From a virus (taxonomy: Duplodnaviria > Caudoviricetes), in IMG/VR virus record IMGVR_UViG_3300032225_001322, positions 32,001-96,000 of that record: DNA of 64,000 bases. The stretch is one strand, 5' to 3'. Of this stretch, positions 1 through 9,384 are shown piece by piece. Within the stretch, counting starts at the first letter, position 1; each line of letters starts with the position of its first letter. The notes below the pieces were generated by a model that saw only the letters and a program-made list of their open reading frames with translations, did no database searches and was not told the origin of the DNA. The translations under genes were made by a program, and so were the position numbers.

Positions 1-284
1 GGTTTACGAACTGGTTTAAGACCTGTTGTAGCTTCGAGATAATGATCGCCAACTTCTTCACGAGTTGAACAAATCATTGCTACTGCTGTTTTATTTATAG
101 TAGCATTTTCTTTGGGGTCGCCCGTAAACACGCTATAGATTAATTGAATGCCTTTTTCTGTAGGCACAGCACTTAGTGGTTGAGCTACTATGTAAGCATC
201 TTCTGTGATATCTACTACTTTACCAACGATTTCATCGGCGTTGGTTAATTTAAATGTATAAACCTTGTCTTTTTCTACTATCAT
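1..284 (-). CDS. Hypothetical protein, possibly phage Sm-like fold (3' end outside the window; not in ORF track)
   Basis: ATG at 284, just after the glutaredoxin stop; open to the window edge: MIVEKDKVYTFKLTNADEIVGKVVDITEDAYIVAQPL... Confidence 0.7.
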   Translation of the reverse strand, partial: MIVEKDKVYTFKLTNADEIVGKVVDITEDAYIVAQPLSAVPTEKGIQLIYSVFTGDPKENATINKTAVAMICSTREEVGDHYLEATTGLKPVRK

Positions 285-285
285 A

Positions 286-510
286 TTATCCTTGGAAATG
301 TTTGCGGAGTTCTGTAAACCCGCCAATATAGTTATCGTCCAAGAAGATCTGTGGTAAAGTTCTTGCGGTAGGAACTGCTTCTAGCAACTGTTCTTTTGTC
401 CAATTTTCTTGAACATTGCGCTCTTCAAATTCAATACCTTTTGATTCTAGTAATGCTTTTGCTTGAACGCAAAAAGGGCAGGCGTTTTTTGACCATACAA
501 TGGCTTTCAT
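286..510 (-). CDS. Glutaredoxin (RNR electron donor)
   Basis: CPFC active site, TLPQIF and YIGGF motifs; directly downstream of nrdB. Confidence 0.95.
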   Translation of the reverse strand: MKAIVWSKNACPFCVQAKALLESKGIEFEERNVQENWTKEQLLEAVPTARTLPQIFLDDNYIGGFTELRKHFQG

Positions 511-525
511 ATTTTTTCCTTATTA

Positions 526-1626
526 TTATAAATTTGGTAACTGGTCGTAGTCCAGTACATCACTCATTACACCAATAACATAATTAGTCGATTCTGATTC
601 TTGGAGTGCTGTTTGTTTGTTACTTACATTTACATGTTTATTAAACCACGGAATAGGAGTCGTCTTAGGAGCAGGAGACTGATATTTAATGCCAATTTCT
701 TTAAAAGCACCAACGGCTGTATAGTCAACAAAATCTTTAAGTATTGCCGCATTAAGTCCAATCACTGGACCTTTTTGGAATAGATAATCTGCCCATTGTT
801 TTTCTTCTCGTATGACATCTAAGTACATAGCATATACTTCTTGCTCACACTCTACTTTAGCTTGTGCAAATCGAGGATCCTCTTTGACTACTTGGTTGAT
901 TAGCCAACCTGTCCAGTCTTTGTGTAGTATTTCATCCTGTAAAATTAAACTAATAATATTGCCATTACCAATGAAGATACGATTCTCGACCATGGCTAAA
1001 CTTGTGGCAAAACTTACCATGAAGCGGAAAGCTTCTAATCCATACGAAGCATTGAGAGCCAACCATATAGCATTAATATGTTCTTGTTCATCAACTTTTC
1101 CTAATAATTCTTTTCGACAGTTGGTCATGTGTAATCTATCATAATATTTTCCAATTGAAGAAGCCATGCCAACAATTTCTTCAGTGTCATGAATAGTATT
1201 GAAAATGTCTTTAGGTACATTATAGATATTGCGTATAATGTGACTATAACTACGACTATGTATATTCGTTTCAAAAAAACCCCAGTTATACATTAGTGCT
1301 TCTAGTTCAGGGATAGATACTACAGGAGTAAACACTTGTGTTGGTCCGCGACCTTGTAAACTATCAAGGGCTGTTTGCCTAAGCAAATTACTGGTAAAGA
1401 TATGTCGTACTGTATCAGAAGATTCTTTAAAATCGTTAGCATCTTTAGTTAACGAAATTTCTTCCGGGACCCAAAAGAATCCGCGAGCTTCTTGTTCAAA
1501 TTTTACAATTTTATTATATTTGACTTCTTCAAATCGTTGGATAGTTACAGGCCCGGCTGGGTCCAGGAACATCTTGCGGTTAAGATAATCTGTTTTAGTT
1601 TTTAGGTTGTATTGTTGTTGGCTCAT
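526..1626 (-). CDS. nrdB: Ribonucleotide reductase class Ia beta subunit
   Basis: FFWVPEEI; metal ligands LDSLQ, ETNIHSRSY (radical Tyr), LEAFRF, DEILH; C-terminal ESTNY. Confidence 0.97.
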   Translation of the reverse strand: MSQQQYNLKTKTDYLNRKMFLDPAGPVTIQRFEEVKYNKIVKFEQEARGFFWVPEEISLTKDANDFKESSDTVRHIFTSNLLRQTALDSLQGRGPTQVFTPVVSIPELEALMYNWGFFETNIHSRSYSHIIRNIYNVPKDIFNTIHDTEEIVGMASSIGKYYDRLHMTNCRKELLGKVDEQEHINAIWLALNASYGLEAFRFMVSFATSLAMVENRIFIGNGNIISLILQDEILHKDWTGWLINQVVKEDPRFAQAKVECEQEVYAMYLDVIREEKQWADYLFQKGPVIGLNAAILKDFVDYTAVGAFKEIGIKYQSPAPKTTPIPWFNKHVNVSNKQTALQESESTNYVIGVMSDVLDYDQLPNL

Positions 1627-1867
1627 TTTCGTCTTCTTTATATTCTACTACTAGACCATTTTCTTCGTCGATGTAAGCTGATCCAAAATTTTCATCTTGT
1701 AGAGCAGCTAATATCATTTCTTTTGCTTCGTCTTCAATGTAAAAATCTGGATCAATATTTCTTATCGTCAACCACTCTCTTAAATGTTGGTCTAAACTTT
1801 TAAGAACTTGTCCTTCGTTAGTAACAAATTCTATATCAGTTATATCTTCATTTGATGATATTTTCAT
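1595..1867 (-). CDS. Acidic hypothetical protein
   Basis: 90-aa ORF packed between the aldolase gene and nrdB on the operon strand. Confidence 0.6.
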   Translation of the reverse strand: MKISSNEDITDIEFVTNEGQVLKSLDQHLREWLTIRNIDPDFYIEDEAKEMILAALQDENFGSAYIDEENGLVVEYKEDENEPTTIQPKN

Positions 1868-1881
1868 AATTTTTCTTTATT

Positions 1882-2547
1882 TTAATAGTTTTTTGAAGCT
1901 AAAACAATTTTACAAATATGTTCTAAGCGTTCAATGTGTTCGTATGCTCGCCACGGGCTTGTATCTATAGCAACTACTCCGTGTCCTTTAATACCAACAA
2001 TATCGTAAGCAATATTGCCTTTATCATCTAATTGTAGATTTTTATGACATTGGTCTGCAAGCTCTTGACTGATAGGTGGAACATCTGGTACATTTGGTGC
2101 CACTTTGGTATAGCGACTAAGTTCTGGAAAGTCATCGACAATAGTACTTAAATCAATACCAGCGTGCATTGCGGCTACGCAATAAGTAGGATGTACATGA
2201 ACTACTACTCGTACTTCTCCGTGATGTTGTCCCATTTCTTTTTGTAAGCCGAAATGTAAGGGTATTTCTCCACTAGGCTTTAACCTATCGCTAATATCAG
2301 TATAGGGCAATTCTTTCCACCCGTATCGTTCAGCCAATAAACCAGTACCAACTTCGTTCCAAGTCAGTGGCGGTTTAATCAGAATCTTCTTAAACTGATC
2401 AGGTTGTAGTGTTTGTTTACGCACACCACTTGGTGTAATGTAAAAGTGATCACGGTCGTGATGACGAATGCTAACATTACCATCACGACTGGTAATCCAG
2501 TTACGCTTGTAAGCGTCTACCATTATGTCACATATAGTTTCTAACAT
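1882..2547 (-). CDS. Class II aldolase/adducin-family protein (FucA/MtnB-like)
   Basis: GNVS, ITPSG, KPSGE motifs; Zn-binding HVH and GHG. Confidence 0.88.
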   Translation of the reverse strand: MLETICDIMVDAYKRNWITSRDGNVSIRHHDRDHFYITPSGVRKQTLQPDQFKKILIKPPLTWNEVGTGLLAERYGWKELPYTDISDRLKPSGEIPLHFGLQKEMGQHHGEVRVVVHVHPTYCVAAMHAGIDLSTIVDDFPELSRYTKVAPNVPDVPPISQELADQCHKNLQLDDKGNIAYDIVGIKGHGVVAIDTSPWRAYEHIERLEHICKIVLASKNY

Positions 2548-2568
2548 TATTAATATTTTTCTTTAATT

Positions 2569-2880
2569 TTATTTTGCGGCCGGCATCTCTATGGTAAGAT
2601 TGATTATTATTTTTGTTGGTGCGTTACCGTTGCTTCCATTGCCGCCGATGCTGACAGTATTACTGGTATTGCCATAAGATCCTTGTAGATTGGTATTGCC
2701 ATACGAGCCCTTGATATCGGTGTTGCCATACGAACCTTGTAGATCAGTATTGCCATAGGAGCCCCGGAGGCTAGTATTGCCGTTATCTTTTACAGCGGCC
2801 TTGCCGTTGTTTTGTGTAGACTGTGCAAATCCAAATGCTGGGATCAAAAAAGCCAGCACAATAAGTAATTTGAATTTCAT
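2569..2880 (-). CDS. Small exported protein with 9-aa GSYGNTxLx repeats
   Basis: Signal peptide MKFKLLIVLAFLIPAFGFA; tandem repeats. Confidence 0.75.
   Translation of the reverse strand: MKFKLLIVLAFLIPAFGFAQSTQNNGKAAVKDNGNTSLRGSYGNTDLQGSYGNTDIKGSYGNTNLQGSYGNTSNTVSIGGNGSNGNAPTKIIINLTIEMPAAK
2666..2784. repeat. 27-bp coding tandem repeat, about 4.5 units
   Basis: gtattgccata-like units at 2666, 2693, 2720, 2747 and 2774. Confidence 0.9.
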
Positions 2881-2891
2881 TTTATTTTCCT

Positions 2892-3503
2892 TTAATTACC
2901 TGGTGGGTTTTGTATCGGTAAACTTACAGGATACTGACTACAAGCATCTGGATTACCTTGACCTGCTTCAGTTAAGAATGTAGTAGCGGCAGGCACTTGA
3001 CCAGTAGGGCAAGAGCAGATAGCAATGCCATCCGAGCCAATCTTACAATTCCAACTAAAGCAGTTACTAGCTTTGTCGCCTAAATTTAAACTGGCATCAC
3101 ATTTTTGAACTGTGGCTTTCATGTCTTTTGGCTTGTTGCTGAAATTACTAGCTTCTTGTGGATAGTATAATTTAGGAGCAAACAAACTCCAAACGTGTTG
3201 GCTATCTGTTGGTGTACAGCTACCCGCCATGTTACCAGCTTTGGTATCAGCAATAGCTCGACCTTCGAGAATAGGACAACGACATTCTACTTCAGGATAA
3301 GGTGTACCGTTATTACCAGTAATCATCTTGCCTGTGGCTTTACAAGTTGACGCAGCGCACAAGGCATACTTGCCATCACATACTGTTAAACCAGATGTAG
3401 ACTTTGATTGTGCTTTATTAGCGATACTAAATTTTGTATATAAGGTGTATGATGCTAGCGCCAATACTACTACCCCGACTAATACTAATAATATTTTTTT
3501 CAT
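2892..3503 (-). CDS. Cysteine-rich exported or membrane-anchored protein
   Basis: N-terminal hydrophobic segment; 12 Cys in two similar halves (C-x4-C ... CxCP). Confidence 0.75.
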   Translation of the reverse strand: MKKILLVLVGVVVLALASYTLYTKFSIANKAQSKSTSGLTVCDGKYALCAASTCKATGKMITGNNGTPYPEVECRCPILEGRAIADTKAGNMAGSCTPTDSQHVWSLFAPKLYYPQEASNFSNKPKDMKATVQKCDASLNLGDKASNCFSWNCKIGSDGIAICSCPTGQVPAATTFLTEAGQGNPDACSQYPVSLPIQNPPGN

Positions 3504-3512
3504 TTTTTCTTT

Positions 3513-5831
3513 CTATAATTTACAAGCTTCACAATCTTCTTGATCGTCAAAATCTATCACTTCTAATTTTTCTTCTACTTCGTCTTGACCTTTACTACCT
3601 TGTTTATTGATCAAACTATAGTAGAAAGTCTTTAATCCCCATCTATGTGCCGACATTAAATTTTTAGCAATTAATGTAGTTGGTACTTTTCTATCTGGAA
3701 AGTGAGCGGGATTATAGAAAGTGTTAGTTGAGATACTTTGATCTACATAAGCAGCTAATACACTAGCAGTCTTAAGATAACCATCGCAATCCTTCTGTTC
3801 CCACATCAATTGATATTTATTTTTTAATTTATTGTACTCGGGCGCTACTTGAATTAAACTTCCTGCCTTTGATTCTTTAACAGTAATTAAACTCATTGGT
3901 AATTCAATACCATTTGTACTATTAATAACAACACTACTTGACTCCACTGGTGCTACAGCCATTAATGTGCCATTGCGTACTCCGTACTCTTTCATATTAA
4001 TGCGTAGTGTTTCCCAGTCGAGTTCAGGAGTAAAATCAGTTAACTCATTGACTGCCTTGGCACGAAGTTCCCACGGGAATGTGCCTTGGCCATAGCGTGT
4101 TTTATCTGAATGTAAACAAGGACCGCGTTCTTTGGCAAGTTCCACTGTGGCTTCTGTTAAGTAAAATGCTTGATGTTCCATCCAGGATTTAACTTCGTGT
4201 AAAGCATCTTTTTCACCGTACTTCAAACTACGCTTGGCGTGCCAGTAGGCTAGGTTAGTAATGCCAATGCCCAAGGGCTGGATTTCGTCATTGCTTAACT
4301 GTGACTGAATGGAAAGAAAATCTTGGTAGTCCAAAATATTACACAGGCTACGCTGGAGTATGCGACAAGCACGGCGCATGTCTTCTGGATTACGGAAAGC
4401 TCCCCAATTGATGGAACCCAGCGTACAAAGAGCGATACGACCATCGCTGTCATCCAGACGTTTAAAGGATTTAGTAGGAAGAAGTATTTCACAACAAAGG
4501 TTACTCTGGTAAATGGTATGGAATTCAGGATCAAACGGACCTTGATTCTGAACATTGTCAATGAACACAAGATAGATACGGCCTGTGTCAGTGCGCTCTT
4601 TTAATATGCCGCCTTTGAATACATCTTCGGCGTTCATTACTTTCTTGCGTAAATCTTTACGCCGTTCGTATTTTACATACAGCTCTTCAAAGCGTTCTGT
4701 ATTTTGATAAAATGCTTCGTATAAGTCAGGTACTTCGTTAGGATCAAAGAATGTAATATTTTCTTTATTCTTAAACCGTCTCCAGAAGAAAGCAGACAAT
4801 ACAACACCGTAGTCCATAAATCTCACACGGGTTTCATCAGTTCCTTGATTGTTCTTGAGTACGATAAGATCGTCAAACTGATAGTGCCAAATTGGATAAA
4901 ACACAGTAGCAGAAGCATTGCGAATTCCTCCCTGCGAACAACTTCTTAAATCACCAAACCATTTTTTAAGGAACGGTACCATACCAGTGTGCATAACTTC
5001 GCCACCACGGATAGGACTACCTAGTGGTCGTAAGCGGCCAATTTCTAAACCTATGCCGGCTCGTTTAGCGGCATACTTGGCCATCATCTCTCCAGAAGCA
5101 AATATGCTATCCAGATTGTCGTCACTGCGGATAAGCACACAACTAGAAAACTGTTTAGTCGGAGTGCCAAGACCAGCCAGGACAGGTGTAGCAAGAGTAA
5201 ACAAACCATCGGATGCCGCACCATAGTATTCTTTAATGTAACGCATACGAGCACTATTCGGTTCTTCTTTATGGAAGACTGTAGCCGCTGCAATAATATA
5301 TCTAACCTGCGGAGTTTCATAAATTTCTTTTGTAGCTCGGTTTCGTACCAAATATTTTTCAATAAGTTGTTCAATAGCAGCATAACTGTATCCTTCGTCT
5401 TTCTCATGGTCAAGCATGTCATTCATCTTATTCCAGTCTTCTTCTGTGTACCATTCAAGAAGTTCTGGAGTATAAAGACCAGTAGCTACATTCTTTTTTA
5501 CAATTTCGTATAAATGCGGAGGTTCGTATGAACCATATACATCTTTGCGTAACATTGACAAACGTTGTTTACCGGCCACAAATTGATAGTTAGTATGACC
5601 TATGTCTGGATTAGCTTCTACATCAATAAGATCTACTATAGCTCTTAAAGTAATACCATCGATTTCTTTCGTAGTAATTCCATCATAAAAATGTAATTGC
5701 GCTTTAATTTCAATCATTGACTGACTCACATCAGCAATACCTTGGCATACTTTGGCAACCTGTGCCTGCCACTTGTCAATATGTAGTGGCTCTCTTGCAC
5801 CATTGCGTTTAACTACTGTAATTTGCGTCAT
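3513..5831 (-). CDS. nrdA: Ribonucleotide reductase class Ia alpha subunit
   Basis: ATP cone (VVKRNG), FSSC, SNLCCEI, ALCTLG, KTFYY, C-terminal CEAC. Confidence 0.98.
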   Translation of the reverse strand: MTQITVVKRNGAREPLHIDKWQAQVAKVCQGIADVSQSMIEIKAQLHFYDGITTKEIDGITLRAIVDLIDVEANPDIGHTNYQFVAGKQRLSMLRKDVYGSYEPPHLYEIVKKNVATGLYTPELLEWYTEEDWNKMNDMLDHEKDEGYSYAAIEQLIEKYLVRNRATKEIYETPQVRYIIAAATVFHKEEPNSARMRYIKEYYGAASDGLFTLATPVLAGLGTPTKQFSSCVLIRSDDNLDSIFASGEMMAKYAAKRAGIGLEIGRLRPLGSPIRGGEVMHTGMVPFLKKWFGDLRSCSQGGIRNASATVFYPIWHYQFDDLIVLKNNQGTDETRVRFMDYGVVLSAFFWRRFKNKENITFFDPNEVPDLYEAFYQNTERFEELYVKYERRKDLRKKVMNAEDVFKGGILKERTDTGRIYLVFIDNVQNQGPFDPEFHTIYQSNLCCEILLPTKSFKRLDDSDGRIALCTLGSINWGAFRNPEDMRRACRILQRSLCNILDYQDFLSIQSQLSNDEIQPLGIGITNLAYWHAKRSLKYGEKDALHEVKSWMEHQAFYLTEATVELAKERGPCLHSDKTRYGQGTFPWELRAKAVNELTDFTPELDWETLRINMKEYGVRNGTLMAVAPVESSSVVINSTNGIELPMSLITVKESKAGSLIQVAPEYNKLKNKYQLMWEQKDCDGYLKTASVLAAYVDQSISTNTFYNPAHFPDRKVPTTLIAKNLMSAHRWGLKTFYYSLINKQGSKGQDEVEEKLEVIDFDDQEDCEACKL

Positions 5832-5872
5832 CTAACTCTCGTTTTATTATTTGTATTTTACTTATGTTACTA

Positions 5873-6283
5873 CTATAGGGTGGTATTGATAAAGCGTTTT
5901 TTTACTTTAACAACATGTGGAGTATTTACTAAGACTGAACTGTCCCAATTAAGTGTATATTTTGATTTGTTCACTAAGACTAAATTACGATTATCTTCGG
6001 ACAAAATCAACTCATACGATACTAAATCCTTATGGTCTAACATACTTAGAGTATACAGGATTCCAAGCCCGCGAGCAAGATCACAATAGACATTATCGCT
6101 CAAAAGTTGCCAAGGATCGGGCCAATTTGGCTGATCATCCCAATGCAGATAATAAGGTTGCCATGGCGACTCTTGCCAATAATCATTTATATTTTGAAGA
6201 GCTTCTTCTAATGGAAGCTCTTGATTTTGGCTACGCAATTCGGCCCAAGACTCTAGCCTGTCGGCAAAATCTCTATACCACAT
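5873..6283 (-). CDS. Hypothetical protein (Trp-rich)
   Basis: 136-aa ORF, TAATG-coupled to the upstream fibre gene. Confidence 0.7.
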   Translation of the reverse strand: MWYRDFADRLESWAELRSQNQELPLEEALQNINDYWQESPWQPYYLHWDDQPNWPDPWQLLSDNVYCDLARGLGILYTLSMLDHKDLVSYELILSEDNRNLVLVNKSKYTLNWDSSVLVNTPHVVKVKKRFINTTL

Positions 6284-7911
6284 TAAGAAGTAAAATAAGA
6301 AGTAGAGTAATTAAAACTAGCTGAACTACCAACCGTTGAAAAATATTGTATTCTAACATTAGCCGTATTTGCGATCTGAGTAGCTAGTAAAGTTACACCA
6401 ATAGGATAATTTTCGGTATAGTCATCCATATAGGAAACATTACCATCGGTATTACTTGCTACCCATATTGTGCCTGTTCTAAAACCAAACACATTTCCGG
6501 TACCTCCTAGATTGCCAGTTCTAGTAGTAGAATAATCAATCTTGAAACTAGGGCCAGCTGTGGTAGTATCAATGGTGAATATAGTATAAGGATTTCCAGG
6601 TAAGATATTGTCTTCTAATGTAGCAACTTGTCCTGACTTTACAGTCTTTGTACCTAATTGTATTTGTACACCATTGGTAGTTGAAATACTAAGTGTAGAG
6701 CCTGTATAGATTCTAGGGTGCTGTTCAGCATACACATCTGTACGCTCAAACATATCTCCAATGCTAACATTGTTATTGCCTTGGAATAAAATTACCGGTG
6801 TTGCTGGATTATCGGTACCTAGGAAAAAATTAGCTACATCATAAAAAATATTATATCCAGTAGCATTGAGACTCACGTCATGAAATATAATACCATAACT
6901 ATAGATATTATCGAACATGTTATTTGTTATTCGAGTGCCTGTAGGTCCGCCGTTAACGATAGTACCAGTACCAAATGCTATGCCTTCATGTAAAATATTA
7001 AAATAAGAATTGTTTATAGTAATGCCTGTAGTTCTTTGATTGGCAGTAACACCATATACTGTTCCAGTAAATCTGCAGCCATCAAATAAAATATCACTAG
7101 TAGTAACGACATCACTAGCAAATACCACACCGCTTGTCTCTGTTGTAGGACTAACTAATGTACTGGTCGTTTCAGTTCCCATGAAACTTACAGCGCGAAA
7201 TATACAATTAGTGGCAGAATTGACCAGAAATACATTTTTAGTATTATCCAACGTTTCAAATGCCATATTCATAATGTTAATATCGGTAGGTGTAATTGCT
7301 CCGTTACTGCCAATATTAATACCAGTTTGTGGAGGATTATTGTTGTCAGCTGTTTGTGCTACACAGGTTCCGGTTCCGCCCGAAGCTACCATCTGAATGA
7401 TTGAGTTTTGTGGGCCTTCGCCATACAATGTTGCAAAAGGTGGAATATTAATTGGCCCACTTACAATATATTTTCCAGCTGGAAAGAACAAGCCTCTGCG
7501 TACTTGGACATTATTTGCTCGGCAGTATAATTGTGTTAAAGCGCGATTAATAGCAGCAGTATCATCTGTTAATCCATCGCCCTTGGCACCAAAATCTTTT
7601 ACTGTAGCAAATTGATCTAACCAAGTCTGTAGACTTAATGTAACCGGAGTACCGGGAGTTGGGCCAGTTTGTACTACATAACCTGCGGCAGTTCCTTTGT
7701 AAGTGTAGGCAGCCGCTAAATTTATAATATCGGAAAATTCTGTTAAAATTTCAGTATTTCCAATAACAGGAGCGCCTTGCTCTAAAGTGCCGTTACCAAT
7801 ATAAAGCTGACGAGTGTCAGTGGACCAGCCTAATTCAGCACCCGCCAACTGGGGTAAATCTATGTTTAAACCTAAGCGGTTAGTAATCTGAGAGATTTGC
7901 ACAATAGCCAT
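6283..7911 (-). CDS. Tail fibre/spike with Mtd-N-like N-terminus and pectate-lyase-like beta-helix
   Basis: LAGAELGWSTDTRQLYIGNG; VKDFGAKGDGLTDDTAAINRAL; FFPAGKY; late promoter upstream. Confidence 0.8.
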   Translation of the reverse strand: MAIVQISQITNRLGLNIDLPQLAGAELGWSTDTRQLYIGNGTLEQGAPVIGNTEILTEFSDIINLAAAYTYKGTAAGYVVQTGPTPGTPVTLSLQTWLDQFATVKDFGAKGDGLTDDTAAINRALTQLYCRANNVQVRRGLFFPAGKYIVSGPINIPPFATLYGEGPQNSIIQMVASGGTGTCVAQTADNNNPPQTGINIGSNGAITPTDINIMNMAFETLDNTKNVFLVNSATNCIFRAVSFMGTETTSTLVSPTTETSGVVFASDVVTTSDILFDGCRFTGTVYGVTANQRTTGITINNSYFNILHEGIAFGTGTIVNGGPTGTRITNNMFDNIYSYGIIFHDVSLNATGYNIFYDVANFFLGTDNPATPVILFQGNNNVSIGDMFERTDVYAEQHPRIYTGSTLSISTTNGVQIQLGTKTVKSGQVATLEDNILPGNPYTIFTIDTTTAGPSFKIDYSTTRTGNLGGTGNVFGFRTGTIWVASNTDGNVSYMDDYTENYPIGVTLLATQIANTANVRIQYFSTVGSSASFNYSTSYFTS

Positions 7912-7934
7912 TTACTGTATTCCTTGTTATACAG

Positions 7935-7942
7935 TATTTAGC
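7935..7942 (-). promoter_or_regulatory. T4-type late promoter (GCTAAATA)
   Basis: TAAATA core about 24 nt upstream of the fibre ATG; motif recurs before structural genes. Confidence 0.75.
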
Positions 7943-8651
7943 TAATCGTGTAGTAGAGCTCCAATCGTTTCCACCACTCTTGTTCCCAATGGTCAAATTC
8001 GCTGGGTTCAAGCGTAAATTCCTGATATTGTGGTTCTGTAAGTAAGTTGCCCATTTCATCAGTGTCAGGTTTAACACACATTAGTACCACACCCTTGCGA
8101 ATATTAGTTTTATAGACTTCGTTGTGTGCTAGGGCATAAGCTACTAATTGAAGATAGTAATCTTGGATCCATTCAGTTTTTTTAGGCTTGTTAGTTTGTT
8201 TATAGTCAATAATACTTTCGTCGCCCATGTGAATACCACATCCGTCAGTAGTGCCCGCATACAAACTAGGGAAGAATAACGGGATTTCTACTCCCCATAG
8301 TTCGTTGACATTTTTAAGACCTTGGTCAATTACAGTTTGGGCCATAGCGTGACTTGCCCAACCAAAAGGATTTGACCCACGGTCGGGCATTGCGCCTTCT
8401 TTAATATAGCGTTCCAAGTAAGTATGCATTCTGGTCCCACGATTGGCGGCTTCTGTGGTAATAGCTTGAGCCTTGTCTACACCAACTCGTTTACGCCAGT
8501 TTTGTAGAGCTTCTTTTTTCTCTTTTGGTTCTGTGGCGCTAAGAATTGTAGTTACACTAGGAACCTTTTTGCCATCTGGAGTAAGATATAAGCGCCGACC
8601 TTCTTCGCTTGTGCGGGATAATTCATGATACGCAAATTTTGGATTATACAT
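7938..8651 (-). CDS. PD-(D/E)XK exonuclease (T4-like/MGME1-like)
   Basis: PSVTTIL, RGTRMH, YAGTTD, IIDYKQ, YYLQLVAYA. Confidence 0.85.
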   Translation of the reverse strand: MYNPKFAYHELSRTSEEGRRLYLTPDGKKVPSVTTILSATEPKEKKEALQNWRKRVGVDKAQAITTEAANRGTRMHTYLERYIKEGAMPDRGSNPFGWASHAMAQTVIDQGLKNVNELWGVEIPLFFPSLYAGTTDGCGIHMGDESIIDYKQTNKPKKTEWIQDYYLQLVAYALAHNEVYKTNIRKGVVLMCVKPDTDEMGNLLTEPQYQEFTLEPSEFDHWEQEWWKRLELYYTIS

Positions 8652-8658
8652 TGTATCT

Positions 8659-8687
8659 AGTATAGCAACCTACTGCGAGGTTGTCAA
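8659..8687 (-). promoter_or_regulatory. Sigma70-type promoter, leaderless
   Basis: TTGACA-17-TATACT, 7 nt before ATG 8651. Confidence 0.85.
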
Positions 8688-8692
8688 CCTTA

Positions 8693-9013
8693 TTATATCC
8701 GAAAGGATTCGCCGCAACCGCAACGGTCTTTTTCCAGTGGGTTAATAAATTCAAAACCTTCATTAAGCCCTTGGCGGACATAATCTACAGTAATACCAGC
8801 TACCATTGGCAAAGATTTTGGATCCACTACTATTACAGCACCATTGTCTGAAAGTAATACATCATCAATAGTAAGTTCGTCTACATATTCCATTATATAA
8901 GCAAGACCAGAACATCCTGTGGTTCTGACGCCTATACGGACGGCGATACCTTTGCCACGCTTTTCGATATTAGTTTTAATTTTCTTAGCGGCTGTGTCTG
9001 TTACTGTGATCAT
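8693..9013 (-). CDS. iscA: A-type Fe-S carrier IscA (HesB family)
   Basis: TTGCSGLAY, GLNEGFEF, CGCGESF. Confidence 0.95.
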   Translation of the reverse strand: MITVTDTAAKKIKTNIEKRGKGIAVRIGVRTTGCSGLAYIMEYVDELTIDDVLLSDNGAVIVVDPKSLPMVAGITVDYVRQGLNEGFEFINPLEKDRCGCGESFRI

Positions 9014-9384
9014 TGTTTTTTTATGTAATCTTCTATCGCGGCTTTAATAGCGTCTTCCGCAAGGATCGAACAATGAATCTTAACCGGCGGGAGTGCGAGT
9101 TCCTCTGCAATTTCAGCATTCTTAATTGTGCCAGCTTGCTCCAGCGTTTTACCCTTGACCCACTCCGTGACGAGCGAACTACTCGCGATCGCGGACCCAC
9201 AGCCGTATGTTTTAAATTTTGCATCTGTAATAATTCCATCTTCTACTTTTATTTGTAAACGCATGACATCACCGCAAGCAGGAGCACCGACAACACCGGT
9301 GCCGATACTGCTATCAGTGGCATCCATCTTACCAACATTTCTTGGATTTTCATAGTGATCAATTACCTTATCTGAGTAGGCCAT
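9010..9384 (-). CDS. iscU: Fe-S scaffold IscU (start corrected to MAYSDK at 9384)
   Basis: YSDKVIDHYENPRNVG, APACGDVM, FKTYGCGSAIASSS, LPPVKIHCS; TAATG overlap with upstream gene. Confidence 0.97.
   Translation of the reverse strand: MAYSDKVIDHYENPRNVGKMDATDSSIGTGVVGAPACGDVMRLQIKVEDGIITDAKFKTYGCGSAIASSSLVTEWVKGKTLEQAGTIKNAEIAEELALPPVKIHCSILAEDAIKAAIEDYIKKQ

Noticed and set aside
2666-2784. CRISPR-like array
   Set aside because: The 27-bp units are contiguous, in frame and vary at synonymous positions; there are no spacers.
6283-7911. Diversity-generating retroelement suggested by the Mtd-N-like domain
   Set aside because: No reverse transcriptase or template/variable repeat pair is visible; the C-terminus is beta-helix, not C-type lectin.
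7938-8651. Cas4 or CRISPR system
   Set aside because: No four-Cys Fe-S motif, no other cas genes and no repeat-spacer array.
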